The notes beneath the pieces are model-generated. The model saw nothing but the letters and a program-made list of their open reading frames with translations. It had not been told where the DNA came from and searched no databases. From an uncultured Verrucomicrobiae bacterium (GTDB taxonomy: Bacteria > Chlamydiota > Chlamydiia > Chlamydiales > Rhabdochlamydiaceae), in the NCBI GenBank assembly GCA_963806855.1, contig CAWDYW010000003.1, positions 128,001-192,000 on the forward strand: DNA of 64,000 nucleotides, read 5' to 3'. Positions 56,801 to 64,000 of the stretch are shown piece after piece; positions within the stretch are counted from its first letter, which is position 1, and each line of letters opens with the position of its first letter. Both the position numbers and the translations under genes were made by a program.

Positions 56801-57139
56801 CTATACTGCAGTCAATTGCCGAGATAGAACGAAGAAAAAGATACCGGCGATCGAGAAGAAATAGGCAAATTTTTTATTGAGGACTTCAGCAGGGGTATTT
56901 CCAGTGGGAGTCTGAATCTCCCAGCCTAGGGTCCCAAGGGTAGTGCTCCAACAGATATAGCCCAGATATTCCAAAATGATGGTCAGGGTCTTTGTAGTTG
57001 GATAGAATTTGTTCATAATATTTGCTGCAACTATTGCTAATAAAGTCACAATTACGCCGCAGACAAACATTTTAAAGTGTGATTTGATAACTTTTTGATT
57101 TTCGTTTTGTATTTTTGTGCCGTTGGCAATGCTTGCCAT
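56801..57139 (-). CDS. Small three-TM hypothetical protein
   Basis: 112-aa ORF with three hydrophobic segments. Confidence 0.6.
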   Translation of the reverse strand: MASIANGTKIQNENQKVIKSHFKMFVCGVIVTLLAIVAANIMNKFYPTTKTLTIILEYLGYICWSTTLGTLGWEIQTPTGNTPAEVLNKKFAYFFSIAGIFFFVLSRQLTAV

Positions 57140-57334
57140 TTCAAAGACCCCTTTGATACTTTATTCCGGAAAGCCCTCCTTTTCTCCTCGGAGATGCACT
57201 ACTTTCCAAACTTTTGCTAATCATTGTATTGATTAGCTTATTTAATAACAGCAATCTCTAGTTTTTTCCACAATTTCTCTAGTTTCCCTAGAGAAAAAAA
57301 TCATTTTCTGGAGTTTTTTTTCCTGAAAAAAGGC

Positions 57335-57502
57335 TATACTGGTTCCAATTGAAAGTTGGAGTTTTGCCTTCGCCATAGGAGCCATCTTTGCATCCGACCC
57401 GCCCAGCTCCTAGTTTCTCAATAGTAACCTGGGCGGGCTCGGATGCAAATCTGACGCCTCTGGCATTGGCAAATTCTCCAACTTTCAACTGAAACCAGTA
57501 TA
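57335..57502. mobile_element. 164-bp palindromic MITE flanked by TA
   Basis: TA|TACTGGTTCCAATTGAAAGTTGGAG...CTCCAACTTTCAACTGAAACCAGTA|TA, with inner IR TTTGCATCCGA-CCCGCCCAG/CTGGGCGGG-C-TCGGATGCAAA. Confidence 0.88.
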
Positions 57503-57529
57503 TACTTACGGCAAAAAGGGAGTGCTGCC

Positions 57530-58684
57530 TTGAACTTTAGATTTTTAAATGTCCCAGTCCATATTCGGCCAGGCTTCTGGCTCTTTCTGATCTTCTTTGC
57601 TAATTTGTACATCGACCCAAGTATTGAAAAATTAATTGTCGCGGGTGTGCTGCTCTTTAGTCTACTTGTTCACGAATTTGGGCACGCGCTCACTGCGCTC
57701 TTTTTTGGAGCAAAGCCGACGATTGTCTTAGAGGCTTTTGGGGGCTACGCGCAGTATGATCGATATGGTCTATCGCCGAAGCAACAATTCTTGATCACAC
57801 TCAATGGCCCGCTTCTCGAGAGTTTGCTCATCGCCATTCCCTATTATTTGCTCAAAATGGGGACATTTGACCATCTACCCTATGTCCACTATGCCCTTTA
57901 TGTGATGATGCGGTTAAACATCGTTTGGTGCTTGTTAAATTTGATTCCGATTGTCCCGCTCGATGGGGGTTATCTAGCCCTCTATTTCTGCGAACGGAAA
58001 TTTGGAGTAAAAGGGTATCGGGCTAGCTTTATCTTCGGGCTGATTTGCGCGGCGATCGTTGTCCCGATTCTCTATATCAAGGGATTTGTCTTTTTTGCGA
58101 CTCTTCTGCTGATCTATGGCTTCCAAAATTTCCAAGTGTTGCAGCGACTGAAAGGCTCTTCGGGCAACCCGTTTAATACCTATATCAATGGGGTCGAGGC
58201 GCTAAAAAATAATGATCTCGAAAAGGGGAAGGCGATTTTAAAGCGGCTGCTCAAATCGAAAGATGCGGCGATCAAGCACTCGGCCATCGAGTCTGTTGCC
58301 AAGATCCACCTGCAGGAAAATGAAGCCGATAAGGCGTATGAGCTACTCCTAAACGCCGATCCGCAGATGCTCAAAGAGGGCAAGTGCATCCTTTGCCGAT
58401 TGGCCTTCGAGCGGCAAAATTATTCCCTTGTCGGCAAGCACTCCAGAGAGATTTATGAGCTTGAACCCACATATGAAGTGGCGCTGCTCAATGCGAAGGC
58501 ATTTGGCTATCTAAAAGAGCCGGCGCTCGCGGGCGGATGGCTCCAGACCGCTTCTCTTTTCGGCGAAGAGTTTGCCGAGTTGATCAAAAGCGAAATGCAA
58601 GATGCAGCCTTCGATCCGGTGCGCGAGCATGAAGCTTTTCAGAGCTATGCCGAGAAGCTGGATCCATCTCTGATTGATTCTTAA
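57530..58684 (+). CDS. Site-2 protease (M50) with C-terminal TPR-like region
   Basis: HEFGH and NLIPIVPLDGG; TTG start with GGGAG RBS. Confidence 0.9.
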   Translation: MNFRFLNVPVHIRPGFWLFLIFFANLYIDPSIEKLIVAGVLLFSLLVHEFGHALTALFFGAKPTIVLEAFGGYAQYDRYGLSPKQQFLITLNGPLLESLLIAIPYYLLKMGTFDHLPYVHYALYVMMRLNIVWCLLNLIPIVPLDGGYLALYFCERKFGVKGYRASFIFGLICAAIVVPILYIKGFVFFATLLLIYGFQNFQVLQRLKGSSGNPFNTYINGVEALKNNDLEKGKAILKRLLKSKDAAIKHSAIESVAKIHLQENEADKAYELLLNADPQMLKEGKCILCRLAFERQNYSLVGKHSREIYELEPTYEVALLNAKAFGYLKEPALAGGWLQTASLFGEEFAELIKSEMQDAAFDPVREHEAFQSYAEKLDPSLIDS

Positions 58685-58694
58685 TTTGGTGATC

Positions 58695-58729
58695 TATACC
58701 CCGACTCGCCTAAAAGTGTGAATTTGGAC
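58695..58729. mobile_element. Half copy of the family A MITE
   Basis: TATACCCCGACTCGCCTAAAAGTGTGAATTTGGAC; one mismatch to 19352-19386. Confidence 0.9.
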
Positions 58730-59513
58730 AGGGTAGGGTAGATTTCTCATTGCAGATTTCTTCAAAAAAATCGTCAATATCTAGACCTGAAAAAGACTCG
58801 ACCTTGAAATGTGCATCGGATAGATCTTGTCCTAGGGTATATCGATTGGGGACTGCGATGGTAATACATCCGGCGGCAACTGCTGCAGAAACTCCTGTCC
58901 TGCTATCTTCAATGGCAATACATTCTTCAGGGGCAACTCCGAGTAATTTCGCAGCTTTTAAATAGATATAAGGCTTGGGTTTATTAGTCCCTTGAGGATC
59001 GTCATATTCTTGTAAATCGTCGTGCCCAGAGAGGACAACATCGAAGAAATGATCAATTTCAAGATTTTTTAAATTTCTTAAAACGTCCTCTTTTCTTCCC
59101 CCTGAAGCAACGGCTAATTTTAGCCCATAGCGCTCCTTCTCCTGAGCGAGCTGATGTAAAAATTCGACAGTAGCTGCGATTGGGGCAATCCCCTCCATTT
59201 GAAGTTGATAAAAATACTCATTCTTATCATGGAGCACTTCTACTGAGCAGTCAAAGCCAACGAGGTCGTAAGCCATTTTTGAAATCGTGAGCTCAGCAAC
59301 TCCGGCAAAATTTGAGTTATAGTATTCTGTTGTAAGTTCATAACCTTGGTTTCCCAATGCATGACGCCAGGCTAAATAATGGGCATTGTCACTGTCGACC
59401 AAGGTGCCATCGCAATCGAATATAATTGCTTTAATACACTTTTCTTCAGCTTGGCCGCCTATAACAGTTAGTAAAGAGAGGATTAAAAAGATTATACGAT
59501 TCATGTTGCGCAT
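58710..59513 (-). CDS. HAD-family phosphatase with signal peptide
   Basis: IFDCDGTLVDS, VASGG, KPKPYIY and IEDS; start at 59513 or 59504. Confidence 0.9.
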   Translation of the reverse strand: MRNMNRIIFLILSLLTVIGGQAEEKCIKAIIFDCDGTLVDSDNAHYLAWRHALGNQGYELTTEYYNSNFAGVAELTISKMAYDLVGFDCSVEVLHDKNEYFYQLQMEGIAPIAATVEFLHQLAQEKERYGLKLAVASGGRKEDVLRNLKNLEIDHFFDVVLSGHDDLQEYDDPQGTNKPKPYIYLKAAKLLGVAPEECIAIEDSRTGVSAAVAAGCITIAVPNRYTLGQDLSDAHFKVESFSGLDIDDFFEEICNEKSTLPCPNSHF

Positions 59514-59618
59514 ATTATAATCAATTCCTGACAATCTCGCAAGAGTTGCACTTGGATAGGCCTGGGCAAGAATTCTCTTTTTTATCCTATCCTCAATGCT
59601 CAGGAGCAACTCTAATAC

Positions 59619-60608
59619 CTAAAATACGTGAGCCTTGGCTGACAGCTGCATCTGATGCATTTTATCGACAGGCAATTCACATAAACAAGCAACTAAGGCA
59701 AGCTCATCGGAAAGATTGCCAAACAGAGTAGAGTCGTCGGAACAGAATACCACGGGATGCCCATTTGCATATAAAGCCAGGGCTGGATGCTCTGAGGGTT
59801 TTGTGATCATCGCGCTGCAAGCACTGCGGATGCAAGCTTCGACAACCACTTTTCTTTCTTGGATCCACCGCTGTGCTTCAGGGCATAAGAATACTGCATG
59901 CCCAACTCGATCTGGCTGAATTTCCTCAAGCTCCCTCATTTGCCGCTTGGGTTGTTCACTCCTATGTTCTCCAATATGAAGAGTAATAGGAAGGCCTGCC
60001 TTTTTAGCCCTTGCTAAAGGCTCAAAAATTCCACTGCAATCCCCTTTTGTTGACTCACCAGAAACGTCAAGGCCGCTCACCCCCTCATTCTGATAGTGGA
60101 TCGCCAAATTCACCATCTCATTGGCATCGTCCAAGGAAGTATCGCGCTTCAGGCTCAGTAATAAAGTCACCGCCACAGGGTAGTCTTGCATCCCTTTTTT
60201 TATTCCTGCAAGCACTGCTTTGAGGTAATCTTCAAAACTGCCATCCAGCTTCTTTAACCCTGTACGCAACTCGGCAATCACTACATTGTCTCGATATTGG
60301 CTGCTGCAAAAATCATAGGCCGCTTCGTAAACAAGATGGTTAGTGCATAAAATTTTGCCAATCAGGTCAAAGACTTTAAATCCCTCTCGATAGTCAATTC
60401 CCGCTCTAATTTTTGCAAGAAAATGACTTAGCTCATTGTATTCGGCCTCAGCACAATGCCTTCGAAGAAACTCCAAGGAGACGGCTCCTCCAAGATGGGC
60501 GTGAAGCTCTACTTTATCAAGAGCTTTGATCTCCTTGAGCTTTTGAGAGTATTGTGGCAGGCCCTCAATTTCTTGGAGAGTCATCTGTATGCAAGTTTCT
60601 GACATCAT
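59619..60608 (-). CDS. Adenosine deaminase-like (ADAL-type) amidohydrolase
   Basis: KVELHAHLGG, TLHIGE, RVGHA and CSDD. Confidence 0.88.
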   Translation of the reverse strand: MMSETCIQMTLQEIEGLPQYSQKLKEIKALDKVELHAHLGGAVSLEFLRRHCAEAEYNELSHFLAKIRAGIDYREGFKVFDLIGKILCTNHLVYEAAYDFCSSQYRDNVVIAELRTGLKKLDGSFEDYLKAVLAGIKKGMQDYPVAVTLLLSLKRDTSLDDANEMVNLAIHYQNEGVSGLDVSGESTKGDCSGIFEPLARAKKAGLPITLHIGEHRSEQPKRQMRELEEIQPDRVGHAVFLCPEAQRWIQERKVVVEACIRSACSAMITKPSEHPALALYANGHPVVFCSDDSTLFGNLSDELALVACLCELPVDKMHQMQLSAKAHVF

Positions 60609-60771
60609 TTGAATTTAATACAAAGCCAATCAAAATAATACAACCCCGGGAGCTTTCAATTCGGCCCAAATGGGTACGATTGAACCGGAAGGAGTATAAC
60701 ATTAACCCTCTCTTTTTCTTGGAGTTAAACGAACTTCCGTTAAATGTCTAGAGGCTGTATTAAGAGCCTTG

Positions 60772-61749
60772 ATGGAAATAGTCGTTCTCATTGTCATTTT
60801 CGGTCTGCTGTTTGATTTCACAAATGGCTTTCATGACGCTGCAAATGTGGTCGCAACCCCCATTGCCACCAAAGTGGTGCGGCCGGCAATTGCCATAGGG
60901 GTTGCATCGATTTTCAACTTTTTAGGGGCAACGCAGGTCAGCGGAGTTGCGCAGACGATTGCGAGCGGCCTCGTTGAAGTCCAGCAGGCGTCGCAGCTCA
61001 TGGTGCTGGCGGCTTTGATCGGAGCCATTTTATGGAACCTTGCGACATGGTACTTTGGAGTGCCGAGCAGCTCGACGTATGCACTGATCGGAGGCCTTGT
61101 CGGCGCAACGCTTGTCAATAGCGGGATGAAAGGCGTGCTCTGGACAGGTGTTGTCTATAAGGTGCTGATCCCGATGGTGGTTTCTCCTTTCCTTGGACTC
61201 ATTATCGCCTGGTGCTTGATGACAGTTTTGCTCAAGATCTCAAAGAAAAATCGGCCGTTTTATAAATACTTTCAGCTGATCTCGGCTTCTTTAGTTGCGC
61301 TCACGCATGGACTGAACGATGCGCAAAAAAGCATGGGGATTATCACGCTGGGACTTTATTCTGCGGGGATGATCGCTTCGACACACATTCCGTTGTGGGT
61401 GATCGGCGCGTGCGCTGCATTCATGGCGCTTGGAACCGCCTCGGGCGGCTTTAGGATCATTCGGACGATGGGGTTTGAGATTACGAAGCTTAAGCCGATC
61501 GACGGATTTGCTGCCGAGCTCAGTTCATCCATTGTAATGCTGACGACAAGCCTTCTTGGCATGCCTCTTAGCACGACCCACATCATCGTCGGAAGCATCA
61601 CAGGCGTTGGCACCGCCCGCGGCGCCGAGAGCGTCCGATGGACCACTGCTCGCAAAGTCGTCGCCGCATGGGTCTTTACCCTTCCGGGATCTGTTACTCT
61701 TTCCGGCGTTATTTTTTATTTTCTGTCAATGACCCTATCCGCAATGTAG
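60772..61749 (+). CDS. PiT inorganic phosphate transporter
   Basis: NGFHDAAN, HGLNDAQKSMG and PLSTTH. Confidence 0.95.
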   Translation: MEIVVLIVIFGLLFDFTNGFHDAANVVATPIATKVVRPAIAIGVASIFNFLGATQVSGVAQTIASGLVEVQQASQLMVLAALIGAILWNLATWYFGVPSSSTYALIGGLVGATLVNSGMKGVLWTGVVYKVLIPMVVSPFLGLIIAWCLMTVLLKISKKNRPFYKYFQLISASLVALTHGLNDAQKSMGIITLGLYSAGMIASTHIPLWVIGACAAFMALGTASGGFRIIRTMGFEITKLKPIDGFAAELSSSIVMLTTSLLGMPLSTTHIIVGSITGVGTARGAESVRWTTARKVVAAWVFTLPGSVTLSGVIFYFLSMTLSAM

Positions 61750-61896
61750 AGGAAAAAATCTGGGGGATTTTTCGAGCGCTTTTTTCCTCTTCATTGCGGA
61801 TAGGGTCATATATCTGACTTTGCGAGCATGAAGCCTTTCAACGGTATGCCGAGAAGCTGAATCCATCTCTGATTGATTCTTAATTTTTGTTACCCA

Positions 61897-62553
61897 TCAT
61901 TCGTCATCAATGATGCTCTTTAATAAGATCCCCATCTCCAAATTTTCTAAAGCCGAGTTTCTCTGTTCAGGAGCTGCTGGCCAGTAGGCATCTGTAACAA
62001 AGGCTGAAAAGATATAGAGTATGCGAGGATCAATCGCCTCATCCTTGAGCACTTTAATATCCCAATAATAATCGCCTCCTGGGATGAATGAGCGGCGAAA
62101 AATTGCAATCGGGCTCCGTTCATTCTTCGAATCAACAATAGAGACGCTAGATCCGCTCCGATCGACATAGCCTGTTGCAACATGATAGTTAGAATCATCG
62201 TAAAAGGCGTACTTTCCAGAAGCGGTTGTCCACCATCGTCCTTGAATGAAGCCCACATGTGTGCCTCTTTCATTAACGACATCAATTTCCTTCATACTAT
62301 TGAACAAGGCCCCAACCGAGAGCAGCCTAGCAGTACCTGTCGCGAGCTCCCCCTTCTCATTACATAGAGAGTAGACTCGGCGCAGCTGCAAAGAATTTTG
62401 CTCGACAGTATTGAGATAGGAGCTCCCTGAATAGAGATCGTAGTGGGTAGATGTGAGATAAGACCTTGGCTGGATAATGTAAGAATATTCGGCAAAGACC
62501 TCTGTTCCCAGGCTCAAGAGCATCAATGAAACGAAATAAAAGCAGCGCAACAT
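61897..62553 (-). CDS. Exported hypothetical protein (possibly LURP-one/scramblase-like)
   Basis: GGAGG RBS, signal peptide, beta-rich body and C-terminal IDPRIL helix. Confidence 0.6.
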   Translation of the reverse strand: MLRCFYFVSLMLLSLGTEVFAEYSYIIQPRSYLTSTHYDLYSGSSYLNTVEQNSLQLRRVYSLCNEKGELATGTARLLSVGALFNSMKEIDVVNERGTHVGFIQGRWWTTASGKYAFYDDSNYHVATGYVDRSGSSVSIVDSKNERSPIAIFRRSFIPGGDYYWDIKVLKDEAIDPRILYIFSAFVTDAYWPAAPEQRNSALENLEMGILLKSIIDDE

Positions 62554-62797
62554 AGCAAAACCTCCGAATTTTATTTGATATGCTACCAAGATTTCTCAAT
62601 TAAAAAAATGAGAAGGTTGGTGGGTCGCCATACTGAATAGAAGCGTCTTACTGTCAAGTTGTTTCGGTATAAATCCTTCTTAATTCGACAAAAAAATGAT
62701 AAAGAATAAATAATAGGAAAAGGAGAAGAAAAATGGGAATTCATATTGGGGCATGTAATAATTGTCTTAAGGCCATGTCGTCAGGGGGCCCAACTTT

Positions 62798-63427
62798 ATG
62801 AGTAGCTTAAAACGCAAAATCCTTCTTTTTCCTGATGGCAATAGTTATTCTATTAAAGAACTCGAAGAACGTCTCGATTTTAAATATTTAATCAAAAATG
62901 GCTTCGAAACCCGTGAGGATAAATCGACTGTCAGAGCAAAAGGGATGCAGAAGTTTAATAATGGAGAAGTAGCGACCGAAGCCATCGACCTTGGGAAAAG
63001 ATTTATTCACGAGATTCGAAAAGGGCATCTTCCCATTGTTTCAGTACGTTATGTCGATGAAGAAGTAGGTTACGGACTATTTGCAGAAGAAGAGATCCCA
63101 GAGAACTCCTTTGTTGGAGAATATACAGGAATTGTTAGGGAAAATAATCGTCGCTACTTAGAGCCTCTTAATAATTACTGCTATGAATATCCCATTCCGG
63201 ATTCAATCGGTCGGAGCTTCGTGATCGATGCCACGCATGGAAATTTGACCCGCTTTATCAATCATAGCTCTCAGCCAAACTTAAAACCGGGCTATGCGTT
63301 TCTAGATGGATTTTACCATTGCATTTTCACTGCGGTACGTTCCATCGCGAAAGGATCTCAACTCGCCTATAATTATGGTCAGACTTACTGGTATCTCAGA
63401 ACTCCTCCCAAGGACATCAATTTTTGA
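62798..63427 (+). CDS. SET-domain lysine methyltransferase
   Basis: GYGLFA, GEYTG, IDA...GNLTRFINHS and QLAYNYG. Confidence 0.92.
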   Translation: MSSLKRKILLFPDGNSYSIKELEERLDFKYLIKNGFETREDKSTVRAKGMQKFNNGEVATEAIDLGKRFIHEIRKGHLPIVSVRYVDEEVGYGLFAEEEIPENSFVGEYTGIVRENNRRYLEPLNNYCYEYPIPDSIGRSFVIDATHGNLTRFINHSSQPNLKPGYAFLDGFYHCIFTAVRSIAKGSQLAYNYGQTYWYLRTPPKDINF

Positions 63428-63494
63428 TGGCCCGGGGTATACCATCGGTTTTGCAAGTCGGATCAAAGCCTGGTGATTAAGGGCAGGAGAAGAC

Positions 63495-64000
63495 ATGAAA
63501 CGAGAAATAATGATTAAGATTCCGGCAAGGCAAGACGCGCCATGTGCTGAGCTCTATTGTCAATATTATTCAAAGTCAGAAAAGCTTGGGACACGTGATG
63601 TACTGCTCGCAATTCCAGGTGGCCCTGGCAATGATCATGCGATCTACGACCCCCCAGAGCATTCTATTGCAAAAGCCCTATTTCCCTACGCCGACATCCT
63701 TTTATTTGATCCAAGAAGTTGCGGGAAAAGTGAGATCACAAAAAAAGAATATTCTACCCTCGACCATTACATAGATGATATCGAGGCTATTCGCGAATAT
63801 TTTAAAATATCTCCGGATAAACTAATCGTTCTTGGTCAGTCCTATGGGTCTATCGCATCTTTGGGGTATGCCACAAAATACCCAAATAGTTTAAAAAAGC
63901 TCATTTTGATAGGGGGCGCTGCGAGTAGCGAGTTTCTTGAAGAGGCTCAAAAAAATTTAAATAAAATCGGGACGTCTAAACAAAAGGAGCTCGCTAAAAA
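63495..64000 (+). CDS. Proline iminopeptidase-like alpha/beta hydrolase (runs off the window)
   Basis: AGGAG RBS; IPGGPG, FDPRSCGKS, DDIEAIR and GQSYG. Confidence 0.85.
   Translation, partial: MKREIMIKIPARQDAPCAELYCQYYSKSEKLGTRDVLLAIPGGPGNDHAIYDPPEHSIAKALFPYADILLFDPRSCGKSEITKKEYSTLDHYIDDIEAIREYFKISPDKLIVLGQSYGSIASLGYATKYPNSLKKLILIGGAASSEFLEEAQKNLNKIGTSKQKELAK

Larger units (their letters stand above)
58623..61886. repeat. 65-bp direct repeats (58623-58687 and 61822-61886) bracketing a three-gene islet
   Basis: GCGAGCATGAAGC...TATGCCGAGAAGCTGRATCCATCTCTGATTGATTCTTAATTT, the 3' end of the M50 gene; 5 differences between copies. Confidence 0.92.

Noticed and set aside
1802..58729. CRISPR array or integron attC cassette array
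   Set aside because: The palindromes are dispersed and not regularly spaced. No cas or intI gene is present. The 47388 hairpin starts with GTTCAAC but does not end in GTTRRRY.

Overview
A 64-kb chromosomal window, most likely from an environmental member of the Chlamydiota. This assignment is inferred from the dnaJ-rpsU-tsaB-lon-...-rnz gene order, an NTT/TLC nucleotide-transporter homologue, two AGCS amino-acid carriers, and eukaryote-like SET, mitochondrial-carrier and prolyl-hydroxylase genes. Ordinary content includes a full beta-oxidation cluster, bdhA-adc, a P-type ATPase, an adenylate cyclase and hydrolases. I saw no rRNA, tRNA, CRISPR array, integrase or transposase. Five signals stand out. 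(1) A TPP riboswitch precedes a degenerate thiE that is coupled to a divergent NTT-family transporter, a candidate importer of thiamine phosphates. (2) There are at least eight MITE/RPE-like palindromic elements in several families. One is inserted in frame (55 aa, TA duplication) in a prolyl 4-hydroxylase, one has a visible empty site, and others supply a likely RBS (dnaJ) or a stop codon. (3) Four cargo insertions are bracketed by diverged duplicates of neighbouring gene ends, and the differences are mostly synonymous, suggesting capture of DNA from relatives. (4) A DUF3800 gene pair is followed by a candidate structured RNA. (5) A low-GC RipA/RipB-like (itaconate-degradation-type) pair lies at the left edge. 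All functional calls come from motif recognition; no database searches were run.
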